This document shows, piece by piece, positions 41,023 through 50,716 of a DNA stretch of 64,000 nt. Origin of the DNA: a bacterium. GTDB lineage: Bacteria > Patescibacteriota > Minisyncoccia > Phycocordibacterales > UBA12079. The stretch spans positions 2,626 to 66,625 of the forward strand of contig DAOWHH010000001.1 of NCBI GenBank assembly GCA_030641525.1, written 5' to 3'. Positions within the stretch are counted from its first letter, which is position 1; each line of letters opens with the position of its first letter. The notes under the pieces were generated by a model. The model searched no databases. It was not told the DNA's origin and worked only from the letters and a program-made list of their open reading frames with translations. The translations under genes and the position numbers were made by a program.

Positions 41023-41499
41023 ATGGAAAAAGCACGAAAAGAAAGAACTTTAATAATAATGAAACCAGATGCTATTCAAAGAAGTTTATTTGGAGAAATT
41101 TTACAAAGGTTTGAAAGAAAAGGTTTAAAGATTATTGGAGTTAAGATGGCAAAAATTAGTGATGTGTTGGTGGAAGAGCATTATTCTCATTTAATAGATA
41201 AACCTTTTTTTAGTAGTATTAAAAACTATATGCAATCATCCCCTATGGTTTTGCTCGCTTTATCGGGAGTAAATTGTATCTCAGCAGTTCGTTTGATTGT
41301 TGGCCCTACAAAGGGATACGAAGCGGATGCTGGTAGTATTAGAGGGGATTTCTCAATGAGTGGTCAATCAAATTTAGTGCATGCCTCTGACTCAATAGAA
41401 ACAGCTGAAGCAGAAATAAAAAGATTTTTCAAAGAAGATGAATTGTTTGATTATCAGAAAACTGATTATGCATTAATAAATGCTGAAGAACATTTTTAA
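41023..41499 (+). CDS. ndk: Nucleoside diphosphate kinase
   Basis: ERTLIIMKPDA, GSIRGDF, NLVHASDS. Confidence 0.98.
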   Translation: MEKARKERTLIIMKPDAIQRSLFGEILQRFERKGLKIIGVKMAKISDVLVEEHYSHLIDKPFFSSIKNYMQSSPMVLLALSGVNCISAVRLIVGPTKGYEADAGSIRGDFSMSGQSNLVHASDSIETAEAEIKRFFKEDELFDYQKTDYALINAEEHF

Positions 41500-41558
41500 T
41501 TAAATTCTTATACCCAAGCACTGATTTACTTTTTGAAAAGTAAGGTATAATAAATGTA

Positions 41559-41727
41559 GAGGATAATTTGATGCAATAACCTAGCTTTTCCAAAAGTAAT
41601 ATGAGAGCAAATGTTTCGGATCACCGTGGTGTTTCGTTCAAGGCACTCACCTAGAAATTTTCTAGGGACATCTGTATCAAGCTATTCTCAATAAAGATAA
41701 TCCGATAATCGGGTTATTTTTATTTTT
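41559..41727 (+). ncRNA. Candidate structured small RNA (unknown class)
   Basis: TATAAT at 41546; ~17-bp closing stem 41559-41575/41673-41689; multibranch interior; terminator hairpin 41690-41727. Confidence 0.55.
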
Positions 41728-41819
41728 TATATTAATCACTTGGAACCCGAGGTTTCAAGTTATGAAGAAGTAATTTAGGAATTTGTTTTGTAAATAATCT
41801 ATATTTTTGGTATATTTAA

Positions 41820-44063
41820 GTGATGATGAGATATGAAAAGATATTGAGAAATATTTTGTTGGGAGCTGTTTTTGTAATTCCTTTCATTCCTTTATTGGTA
41901 CCTTCTTCTTTGTTTTTCCCATATATTGTGGGAAAAAATCTTTTATTTAGAGTTCTGGTTGAAGTGATGTTTGGTATATGGGCTGTATTAGCTATATTTG
42001 ATAAAAAATATCGTCCACGATTTTCTTTTATTTTTACTGGAATTCTTTCTCTAGTAGGAATAATGTTTTTTGCGAATTTATTAGGAATAAACTCTCTAAA
42101 AGGTTTTTGGAGTAATTATGAAAGAATGGAAGGGTGGATTACTTTATTACATCTACTCGGTTATTTCGTTGTTATGACAAGTGTTCTTGATACAAGAAAA
42201 TTATGGAATCGTTTTTTTAATACCTCTCTTGCTGTTAGTGTCTGGGTTGGGTTATATGGTATCTCTCAAATAGCTGGTTGGACAATAGCTCATCAAGGAA
42301 CATCTCGTCTTGATATTAGTTTTGGTAACGCATCTTACTTAGCCATCTATACAATCTTTCATATTTTTCTAGCTCTATTTCTACTTGTCCGCCATAGTTT
42401 TCTTGGCCGCAGTAGCCTTGGTAAAGAAGGATTTATTCGTCACAAGAAATGGAATGATTGGGTTGTTTATACTTATATTGGAGTAATTTTATTAAATATT
42501 TATATTCTTTATCATACAGCTACTAGAGGGGCTATTTTAGGTTTTATAGGATCTATATTATTGATTTCGTTTCTATTAGCTATTTTTGAAAAAGAAAATA
42601 AAAATTTGAGAAAAACAGGGATAGGAATATTAGTTGGAACTTTATTGTTTGTGGGAGGGTTTATAGCTCTAAAAGATGCAAGTTTTATTAGAAATAATAG
42701 TATTTTAAATCGTTTTGCAACTATTTCTTTAGAGGAGAGTACAACAAAATCTCGTTTTATGATTTGGAATATGGCTTGGCAAGGAATTAAAGAGAGACCA
42801 ATTTTAGGCTGGGGTCAAGAATCTTTTAATTATATTTTTAACGAAACCTATGATCCAGGAATGTATGATCAGGAAGAATGGTTTGATAGAACTCATAATG
42901 TTTTTATGGATTGGTTAGTAGTTGGTGGCTTTTTAGGTCTTTTGGCTTATTTATCTCTTTTTGGAACATTGCTTTATTATTTATGGAGGAAAAAACATGA
43001 TAATGGTTTTTCAAATTTTGAGAAAAGTATTTTTACTGGCTTGTTAGCTGGATATTTTGTTCATAATCTTTTTGTTTTTGATAATATCACTAGTTATATT
43101 TTGTTCTTCACTATTTTAGCTTTCATTCATAATCAAATTGATTTTAATAAAGAAGAAAAAGAAAAAAAAGATATATTTTTAGATAATCTTGATGAAGATA
43201 CTAAGCTTAAGACATTTGTTCCAGTTTTGATATTTCTAATGATTTTTTCTCTTTATTTTTTTAATGTAAAAGGGGCTTTAGCTAATAGAAATTTATTATT
43301 AGCTCTTAGTCCTCATCCCGAAATTGGTCTATCGGAAAATCTAAGATATTTTGAAAAAGCATTATCGTATAATTCTTATGCTAATCAAGAAATTAGAGAA
43401 CAATTATTGCAATTTGTGGTAAAAACAAAGGATGTTGGTGCCAATCAAGATACAAAAAATAATTTGTTTGAGTTAGCAAAATTAGAAGCTGAAAAAGAAA
43501 TTGAAAGAGATCCTGAAAATGCTAGAATAGAAGTTCTGATTGGTTCTTTTTTTTCAAATTTTGGAAAAAATGATGAAGCATTGAGACATTTTGAAAGAGC
43601 TTTAACTCTTTCACCCAACAAACAATCTATTCATTTTGGAATGGGTTATATCTATATAACCCAAAAAGAATATCAAAAAGCTTTTGATATTTTCAAAGAA
43701 GCTTATAAATTGGATTCAAGATATGAAAAAGCTAAATCATTATATGCGATATCATCCATTTATGCAGGTAAGAATGATGTAGTAATGTCTTTATATGGAA
43801 CCGATATAATACCAGATCCCAATTTTTTAAGTGCTTATCGTGATACAAGACAATTATCAAAAATGATTCAAGTAGCAGAGGCTATTGTAGAAAATACCCC
43901 TAATAATCCTCAGTCTCATATTTCTTTATCCGCAGCATATTTTGAAAATGGCCAAAAATCTAAGTCAATTGAAGAGATAAGAAAAGCTATAGAATTAGAT
44001 CCAAATTTTAAAGCTCAAGGGGAATTATTTATTAATAGAATTCAGTCTGGGCAAAAACCTTAA
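41820..44063 (+). CDS. O-antigen ligase/oligosaccharyltransferase-like protein with C-terminal TPRs
   Basis: Multi-TM; TATRGA, RPILGWGQESF, DRTHN Wzy_C motif; TPR tail. Confidence 0.88.
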   Translation: MMMRYEKILRNILLGAVFVIPFIPLLVPSSLFFPYIVGKNLLFRVLVEVMFGIWAVLAIFDKKYRPRFSFIFTGILSLVGIMFFANLLGINSLKGFWSNYERMEGWITLLHLLGYFVVMTSVLDTRKLWNRFFNTSLAVSVWVGLYGISQIAGWTIAHQGTSRLDISFGNASYLAIYTIFHIFLALFLLVRHSFLGRSSLGKEGFIRHKKWNDWVVYTYIGVILLNIYILYHTATRGAILGFIGSILLISFLLAIFEKENKNLRKTGIGILVGTLLFVGGFIALKDASFIRNNSILNRFATISLEESTTKSRFMIWNMAWQGIKERPILGWGQESFNYIFNETYDPGMYDQEEWFDRTHNVFMDWLVVGGFLGLLAYLSLFGTLLYYLWRKKHDNGFSNFEKSIFTGLLAGYFVHNLFVFDNITSYILFFTILAFIHNQIDFNKEEKEKKDIFLDNLDEDTKLKTFVPVLIFLMIFSLYFFNVKGALANRNLLLALSPHPEIGLSENLRYFEKALSYNSYANQEIREQLLQFVVKTKDVGANQDTKNNLFELAKLEAEKEIERDPENARIEVLIGSFFSNFGKNDEALRHFERALTLSPNKQSIHFGMGYIYITQKEYQKAFDIFKEAYKLDSRYEKAKSLYAISSIYAGKNDVVMSLYGTDIIPDPNFLSAYRDTRQLSKMIQVAEAIVENTPNNPQSHISLSAAYFENGQKSKSIEEIRKAIELDPNFKAQGELFINRIQSGQKP

Positions 44064-44068
44064 AACAA

Positions 44069-44162
44069 AATACTTAGTAATCCAACTACTAAGTTTTTAA
44101 GGTATAAACAGTCAATATATTAAGTATACCACCATACTTAGTAGTTGGATTACTAAGTATTT
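44069..44162. repeat. Two inverted copies of the tacttagtagttggattactaagta palindrome
   Basis: 44069-44094 is the reverse complement of 44134-44162; spacer contains ggtata/tatacc. Confidence 0.85.
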
Positions 44163-44171
44163 ATAATATGT

Positions 44172-45191
44172 ATGAAAATACAGGATAATATTTTGTTAGC
44201 TCCCTATACTACTTTTAAAATTGGCGGAGAAGCTAGGTATTTTGCTATTATAAAAAATATTGAAGATTTGAAAGATGGAGTGAATTTTGCTTTGCAAAAT
44301 TCACTCCCTTTCTTTATTCTTGGAGGTGGTTCTAATATATTGGTTTCGGATGATGGTTTCGATGGTTTGGTTTTAAAAATGGAAATTAAAAGTATAGATT
44401 TTAGGTACTTAGAAGTTAAGCTTCCAAATGAAGGAGGTGTTGAGGTGGTGGCGGGAGCTGGAGAGAATTGGGACGATTTAGTGGTTTCTACAGTAGAAAA
44501 AGGGTTAATTGGAATGGAAAACTTATCTTTAATTCCTGGAACAGTAGGAGCCTCTGTGGTTCAGAATATTGGAGCTTTTGGGGTTGAGGTAGAAAGTCTT
44601 GTTTCTTGGGTAGAAGTTTTTGATATAGAAACACAAAAAATAAAAAAATTAAATAATCAAGAATGTAATTTTGATTATAGGACAAGTTTATTTAAAAAAA
44701 GTAAAAATTTAATTGTACTTAGAGTAGCCTTCCAATTTAAGAAAGATGCAAAATTAAATTTTGATTATATAGGGATAGAAGAATTATTATCTAAAGATAA
44801 AATTACGGTTCAGGATGTAAGAGATGTGATTATAAAAATAAGAAAAGAAAGATATCCTAATATTAAAGATATAGGAACGGCTGGTTGTTTTTTTCAGAAC
44901 CCAATTATTACTCAAGATGAATTTAAAGAATTACAAAAAATTTTTCCAGACACTCCGCATTATGATATATCTGAAAAGGTTAAGATTCCGATTGCTTGGT
45001 TCATTGATAAATTTGGTTGGAAAGGATACAGGAAAGGGAATGTTGGGGTACATAAAGATCATGCTTTAATTTTGATAAATTATGCCAATGCCAGTTGTGA
45101 AGAAGTACAAAATTTAACCAATGAAATATCTAAAGAAATTTTAGAAAAAACTAAATTAAAAATTGAACCAGAGGTTGTTTTTTTGAAATAA
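44172..45191 (+). CDS. murB: UDP-N-acetylenolpyruvoylglucosamine reductase
   Basis: TTFKIGG, LGGGSNIL, IPGTVGA..QNIGA, AGCFFQNP, HALILIN, EPEV. Confidence 0.97.
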   Translation: MKIQDNILLAPYTTFKIGGEARYFAIIKNIEDLKDGVNFALQNSLPFFILGGGSNILVSDDGFDGLVLKMEIKSIDFRYLEVKLPNEGGVEVVAGAGENWDDLVVSTVEKGLIGMENLSLIPGTVGASVVQNIGAFGVEVESLVSWVEVFDIETQKIKKLNNQECNFDYRTSLFKKSKNLIVLRVAFQFKKDAKLNFDYIGIEELLSKDKITVQDVRDVIIKIRKERYPNIKDIGTAGCFFQNPIITQDEFKELQKIFPDTPHYDISEKVKIPIAWFIDKFGWKGYRKGNVGVHKDHALILINYANASCEEVQNLTNEISKEILEKTKLKIEPEVVFLK

Positions 45192-45196
45192 TTTTA

Positions 45197-45487
45197 TTAA
45201 CTCCTTTTTTCCGTTTCTGAATAAATATCTTTTCTGTGTCTAATTCCTAAGATAATACATTCCGTTTTATTTTTTATCTTAAAAATAATTCTATAATCTC
45301 CAACTCTTATTTTTTTATAATAATGCAAAGGACTTCTTAGTGGTTTACCAAATAATTCTGGACTGGTAGATATCTTTTGCTCTATTGTTTTCTGAATTCT
45401 TAATTTAATATTTTTGGGTAATTTAGGAATATCTTCAGAAATAACTTCTTCTTTCAATAAAATTTTGTATTTCTTTTTTAATTCCAT
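45197..45487 (-). CDS. relE: RelE/ParE family toxin
   Basis: GKPLR..L...KIRVGDYRIIF...IRHRKDIY. Confidence 0.9.
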   Translation of the reverse strand: MELKKKYKILLKEEVISEDIPKLPKNIKLRIQKTIEQKISTSPELFGKPLRSPLHYYKKIRVGDYRIIFKIKNKTECIILGIRHRKDIYSETEKRS

Positions 45488-45705
45488 TTTACTTTTTCAA
45501 AGAGTATTTCTTTACTAGTTTTTTTATCACGTTTTTTAGCTAATTTATTTAATAAATAATCTTCTTCAATATCTAAAGCTAATTCTAATAAACTAGTAGC
45601 TTTGGTTGCCATTGGAATTTTGTCTCTTTTGGATATTTCGTATAAGAAATTCTCCATGTCTTTGGGTAAGGTAATATTTAATCTTTTTTTTGTTATAGTT
45701 TTCAT
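45478..45705 (-). CDS. Antitoxin (RHH/CopG-like)
   Basis: KRLNITL beta strand, LELALDIEED; overlaps the toxin start; upstream ttgcaa/tactat promoter with tgatac direct repeat. Confidence 0.8.
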   Translation of the reverse strand: MKTITKKRLNITLPKDMENFLYEISKRDKIPMATKATSLLELALDIEEDYLLNKLAKKRDKKTSKEILFEKVKWN

Positions 45706-45756
45706 ATCAATAATAGTATCAAATTTGTATCACCTTTGCAACAAGGTTTAAAATAG

Positions 45757-45796
45757 AATGTACACAAAAAGAACAACCGTCCTTTTTGTGTACATT
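45757..45796. repeat. Small palindrome, tacacaaaaag family (copy 2)
   Basis: aatgtacacaaaaag-aacaaccgtc-ctttttgtgtacatt. Confidence 0.65.
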
Positions 45797-45850
45797 TTTG
45801 TTTTTAATTTAATTGTTTATTTAGGCCTTATTTTATGCTAAAATACCCTT

Positions 45851-48370
45851 ATGTTTGGTAAATTAAAAAAAATAATTGGCGATCAGAACTCTAAGGAAAT
45901 TAAGAAATTACAACCCACAATCTCGAAAATTAATGTCTTAGAGGAGAGTTTTTCTAAATTGTCTGATACTGAATTAAAAACTAAAACTGAAGAATTTAAA
46001 GCGAGTTTAAAGAGTGGTAAAAGTTTAGATGATATCTTGCCCGAAGCTTTTGCTGTGGTTCGTGAAGCTTCTAAAAGAACTTTAGACCAAAGGCATTATG
46101 ATACTCAATTAATGGGAGGGGTGGTTTTGCACCAGGGGAATATTTCTGAAATGAGAACAGGAGAGGGAAAAACCCTTGTGGCTACTCTACCTGTGTACTT
46201 AAATGCTTTAACAGGTAAAGGAGTTCATATTATTACTGTAAATGATTATCTTTCTCGTAGAGATGCTGTGTGGATGGGACAAGTTTACGCTTTTCTTGGT
46301 TTAAATATTGGAATTATAAATCATCAAACTTCTTTTTTATATGATCCTGCTCATATTTCTACATCAGAGGGAAAAGAAGACGATAAAGAAAGAGATGAAT
46401 CAGGTTCATTTAAGGTAGTTTATGAATTTTTAAAACCTTGTACAAGGCAGGAAGCTTATAAAGCAGATATTACTTATGGAACAAATAGTGAATTTGGTTT
46501 TGATTATCTGAGAGATAATATTGAACATAGTAAAGAAAATTTAAGACAAAGGGATTTTAATTATGTAATTGTTGATGAGATTGACTCTATTTTAATTGAT
46601 GAAGCTAGAACACCTTTAATTATTTCCATTCCTGATATCGAATCAGGTGGTTTATATGCTAAATTTACTCAGATTGCGAATACTTTTATTAAAGGAGAAG
46701 ATTTTGAGGTGGATGAAAAGAAAAAAGCAATTTCTTTAAAAGATAGCGGAATTGAAAAAGCAGAAAAAGCTTTGGGTGTAAGTAATATTTATACTGAAAA
46801 AGGAATTAAATATGTTCATCATCTTGAAACAGCAGTAAGGGCAAAATTTCTTTTTACTTTAAATAAAGATTATGTAGTTAAGGATGGTACGGTTGTTATT
46901 GTAGATGGATTTACTGGGAGAATGCAACCAGGGAGAAGATGGTCTGAAGGTTTGCATCAAGCCATTGAATCCAAAGAGGGTTTGAAGATTCAAAAAGAAT
47001 CTAGAACTTTTGCTTCAATAACCTATCAAAATTACTTTAGAATGTATCAGAAATTAAGTGGAATGACAGGAACAGCTAATACATCAGCAGAAGAATTCAG
47101 AAAGGTTTATGGTTTGAATGTTATAGTTTTGCCAACTAATAAACCTATTCAAAGAAAAGATGAAAATGATTTGATTTTTCAAACTAAAAACGGAAAATTT
47201 AAAGCTATAGCAAAAAAGGTAAAAGAATTAAATGAAAAAGGTCAGCCTGTTTTGATAGGGACTGTTTCAATTGAAAATAATGAGCTCTTATCAGCATATT
47301 TAAATAAAGAAGGAGTGAGTCATGAAATATTGAATGCCAAAAACCATGAAAGAGAAGGTGAGATTATTTCAGAAGCTGGAGGAAAAGGAAAAGTGACAGT
47401 AGCAACCAATATGGCTGGTAGAGGAGTGGATATTAAATTAGGCGGATTACCTTTTAGTAAAGAGGAATATAAAAAAGTGATTGAATTAGGAGGTCTGTTT
47501 GTCTTGGGTACGGAGCGACATGAGGCAAGAAGAATAGATAATCAACTTCGTGGTCGTTCTGGGCGACAGGGAGATCCAGGGCAAACGCAATTTTTTGTAT
47601 CAATGGAAGATTCTTTAATGAGGGTTTTTGCTTCTGATGCAGTTAAAAATATGATGGGGAGATTGGGTATTCCTGAAGACCAACCAATTGAAAATAAGAT
47701 GGTTTCTAAATCATTAGAATCAGCTCAAAATAAAATTGAAGGCTTTCATTTTGATTCTCGTAAACATATTTTACAATATGATGATGTTTTAAATCATCAG
47801 AGAAAAATCGTTTATTCTCGTCGTAGAGATGTTTTGTTAGGAGATAGGGAAGTTATATCAGGAAGATTTGAAAAGATTTTGGAGACTACTGATGATAATA
47901 CGAAGAATATAATAATTCAAAAAAGAAGAATGATTGGAGATGATGATTTTCTTGATATTGTGCGTAGGACCATTTTACAGACAATTGATATGTATTGGGT
48001 AGATCATCTAGAAATGATGGACTATCTTCGTTCTAGTGTAAATTTGAGGGCTTATGGACAAAGAGATCCTTTAGTGGAGTATAAAAAAGAAGGGTTAAAA
48101 TTATTTCAAGAAATGCAGGAATCAATTAATGAGCATATTTTGAAGTTAATTCCTAGTCTTGATACAGAGACATTTTTGAAAAATAAGGAAAATATAGAGG
48201 CACAAAATATTCAAAAACAAGCAGAATTAATCACAAACAATACTTCCTCAAAATCACTCAGTGCTCCAAGGTCCAAGTCAGAGAAAGTGGGTAGAAATGA
48301 TCCTTGCCCATGCGGAGCGACTAAAGAAGATGGTAGTCCGATTAAATATAAACATTGCTGTGGAAAATAA
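45851..48370 (+). CDS. secA: Preprotein translocase subunit SecA
   Basis: MRTGEGKT, DEIDSILIDEARTP, ATNMAGRG, C-terminal GRNDPCPCG. Confidence 0.99.
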   Translation: MFGKLKKIIGDQNSKEIKKLQPTISKINVLEESFSKLSDTELKTKTEEFKASLKSGKSLDDILPEAFAVVREASKRTLDQRHYDTQLMGGVVLHQGNISEMRTGEGKTLVATLPVYLNALTGKGVHIITVNDYLSRRDAVWMGQVYAFLGLNIGIINHQTSFLYDPAHISTSEGKEDDKERDESGSFKVVYEFLKPCTRQEAYKADITYGTNSEFGFDYLRDNIEHSKENLRQRDFNYVIVDEIDSILIDEARTPLIISIPDIESGGLYAKFTQIANTFIKGEDFEVDEKKKAISLKDSGIEKAEKALGVSNIYTEKGIKYVHHLETAVRAKFLFTLNKDYVVKDGTVVIVDGFTGRMQPGRRWSEGLHQAIESKEGLKIQKESRTFASITYQNYFRMYQKLSGMTGTANTSAEEFRKVYGLNVIVLPTNKPIQRKDENDLIFQTKNGKFKAIAKKVKELNEKGQPVLIGTVSIENNELLSAYLNKEGVSHEILNAKNHEREGEIISEAGGKGKVTVATNMAGRGVDIKLGGLPFSKEEYKKVIELGGLFVLGTERHEARRIDNQLRGRSGRQGDPGQTQFFVSMEDSLMRVFASDAVKNMMGRLGIPEDQPIENKMVSKSLESAQNKIEGFHFDSRKHILQYDDVLNHQRKIVYSRRRDVLLGDREVISGRFEKILETTDDNTKNIIIQKRRMIGDDDFLDIVRRTILQTIDMYWVDHLEMMDYLRSSVNLRAYGQRDPLVEYKKEGLKLFQEMQESINEHILKLIPSLDTETFLKNKENIEAQNIQKQAELITNNTSSKSLSAPRSKSEKVGRNDPCPCGATKEDGSPIKYKHCCGK

Positions 48371-49301
48371 TATAAAAAATACATATTTTATTACTGGTGT
48401 GGCTGGATTTATTGGTTCGCATATTGCGGAAGAGCTTTTAAAGAATAATAATAATCTTATTATTGGTATAGATAATTTTTATAGTGGCAAAAAAGAAAAT
48501 CTAAAAATGTTAAAATGTGATAGATTTAAATTTTATGAAGGAGATATAAGAGATTTTGAACTTCTAAAAAAAATTATATTTACCCACAAAGTGCAATATG
48601 TTTTTCATGAAGCTGCGATTGCAAGTGTACAAAAATCTGTAGAAGATCCATTACTTACAAATGAAGTAAATGTAAAAGGAACTTTAAATATTTTGGAAGC
48701 TAGTAAGCAAAATAATGTTAAAAGAATTGTGTATTCAAGTAGTTGTGTTGTATTTGGCGATGAAATAACTCTTCCTAAAAATGAAAACTCAATAATAGCT
48801 CCAATTAGCCCATATGGATATGAAAAGCTGATGAGTGAGCAATATATGGATTTATATAATAATTTATATGGGTTAGAAACAATTAATTTGAGATATTTTA
48901 ATGTCTACGGTTCAAGACAAGATTACAGTAGTGAATATGGTGGAGTTATATCCATATTTGAAGATAAATTTCAAAAAGGTACAAGCCCAACCATCTTTGG
49001 AGATGGAAAGCAATATAGAGATTATATATATGTTAAAGATATAGCAAGAATAAATATAAAAGCTATGCACCAAAAAAGTAAGGGTATGATTAGACTTATT
49101 TGTTGTGGAACAGGTGTGAAAACAAGTGTAAATAAATTATTTGATATATTTAAAAATAAACATAATAAAGATTTACAAGCAAATTATGTTAAAGCTAGAG
49201 AAGGTGAAGTTAAAGATTCAGTCTGTAATAATAGTAGATTGATTAAATTAGTGAAGAGTGAAAAAGTTACAAAACTTGAAGATGGGATTTTAGATCTATG
49301 A
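48360..49301 (+). CDS. NAD-dependent epimerase/dehydratase (GalE/WbpP-like)
   Basis: ITGVAGFIGSH, YGYEK, LRYFNVYG; likely GTG start at 48360 overlapping the secA end. Confidence 0.92.
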   Translation: MENNIKNTYFITGVAGFIGSHIAEELLKNNNNLIIGIDNFYSGKKENLKMLKCDRFKFYEGDIRDFELLKKIIFTHKVQYVFHEAAIASVQKSVEDPLLTNEVNVKGTLNILEASKQNNVKRIVYSSSCVVFGDEITLPKNENSIIAPISPYGYEKLMSEQYMDLYNNLYGLETINLRYFNVYGSRQDYSSEYGGVISIFEDKFQKGTSPTIFGDGKQYRDYIYVKDIARINIKAMHQKSKGMIRLICCGTGVKTSVNKLFDIFKNKHNKDLQANYVKAREGEVKDSVCNNSRLIKLVKSEKVTKLEDGILDL

Positions 49302-49668
49302 AAAAGATTGAGAAATTAAAAAACGGGGGAGTTTTATATAAAAGTCACAGAACTGAACCATATTTTACTTTTATTAAAAATGGGATTAAAACTATTGAAG
49401 GAAGAATAAAAAAAGGCTTATACCAAGAATTAAAAATAGGAGATGAAATTATAATTTTTAATAACAAAGAATCGGATAGTGTTCATATAAAAGTAAAAAA
49501 CGTAAGAAATTATATTTCTTTTGAAAATTTATTAATCAATGAAGGTATAAAAAAGTTTTACCAGATATAGACTCAATAGAAGAGGGAATTAATATATATA
49601 AAAAGTTTTATACCGAAGAGCAAGAAACAGAATTTAGAATAATAGCAATTGAAATCGAATTAATTTAA
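49298..49668 (+). pseudogene. ASCH/PUA-domain protein split by a -1 frameshift
   Basis: IKNGIKTIEGR...IGDEIIIF; the -1 frame continues VLPDIDSIEEGINIYKKFYTEEQE...IAIEIELI*. Confidence 0.75.
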
Positions 49669-49717
49669 CTTTTAAACCAGTATAGTATTATACATACTAC
49701 TATAATAGAAATAATTA

Positions 49718-49753
49718 AATAAAAAAACTCCTTTTAGATGGAGTTTTTTTATT
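49718..49753. terminator. Bidirectional terminator
   Basis: aataaaaaaactcc...ggagtttttttatt between convergent genes. Confidence 0.8.
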
Positions 49754-49778
49754 GATAAAGTAAAAACTATTTTATAAC

Positions 49779-50705
49779 TTACTTATTAAAATATTGTTGA
49801 AAAATAGGCATTATTTGTTTTTTTCGAGAGACTACATTATCTACAAATAATACTCCGTTTTGATCCTCGGTATTAAATAATTTTATAAATAATTTACTAT
49901 CTTCTTCATCAGCACAAAGTGTATAACCCTCTTCTTCTAAAATATCAATTATCATGAAGTAAATTCCTTGTAGATTATCTTTTTCTTTGATCTCTTTCAG
50001 TTTTTTTACAATTTCATCCTTTCTTTTCAAACCAAATTCTTTGTCGGTTGTTTCCATTACTCCGATTCCAAATTTTTGTCCTTCTGCAAAATCAAAAACC
50101 TTATAATCTAATTTTATTAATTCTTCAGTATCGATGTTCCCTAGATCTGATTTAGCATTAAACATTTCTAGTGAGAATTTTTCTAAATCTTCAATCTGAG
50201 CAATTTTATTTAGTTTTTCAGTTAATTCTTTATCTTGATCTGTTGTAGTAGGGGAACGGAAATGAAGGGTATCTGAAATTATTCCTGCTAAAAGTAAGGA
50301 AGCATTTTGAGGTGAAATTTCTCGTCCTGATTTAAAATATTTTTTAGCAATAATTGAACAGGATGATCCAAGTGGTTCAATATGAATTCTGATAGGTTTG
50401 TCTGTTTCTAATTTTACTTTGTGATGATCAATAATTTCAACGATATCTAAATCATTGATATTATTAATACTTTGAGTTTCTTCATTATGATCAAGTAAAA
50501 TAATTTCTGAATTTTTGGGGATTTCGTGAATATGTTCTGGTTCTTTTACATTGAATTTTTTGAAGACAAATTTTGTTTCATTATTTAAATGACCTAAAGC
50601 ATAGGCTTTAGCTTCAATATTTTTTTGTTTTAGATAGTCTTCATAAACTAGGGCTGAACAGATTGTGTCTGTGTCGGGACTTATGTGTCCAATAATATAC
50701 TTCAT
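49779..50705 (-). CDS. ppaC: Mn-dependent inorganic pyrophosphatase (DHH family II)
   Basis: GHISPDTD, LLDHNE, IIDHH, IISDTL.FRSPTTT, VSRKKQ; start MKYIIG at 50705. Confidence 0.95.
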   Translation of the reverse strand: MKYIIGHISPDTDTICSALVYEDYLKQKNIEAKAYALGHLNNETKFVFKKFNVKEPEHIHEIPKNSEIILLDHNEETQSINNINDLDIVEIIDHHKVKLETDKPIRIHIEPLGSSCSIIAKKYFKSGREISPQNASLLLAGIISDTLHFRSPTTTDQDKELTEKLNKIAQIEDLEKFSLEMFNAKSDLGNIDTEELIKLDYKVFDFAEGQKFGIGVMETTDKEFGLKRKDEIVKKLKEIKEKDNLQGIYFMIIDILEEEGYTLCADEEDSKLFIKLFNTEDQNGVLFVDNVVSRKKQIMPIFQQYFNK

Positions 50706-50716
50706 AGTTTTATAAC

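Noticed and set aside
41559..41689. tRNA, SRP RNA or tmRNA identity for the ncRNA candidate
   Set aside because: No canonical T-loop and acceptor geometry, no SRP domain IV motif, and too short for tmRNA.
48261..48359. Long overlap of the epimerase ORF with secA
   Set aside because: The Rossmann motif starts later; GTG at 48360 is the more plausible start.
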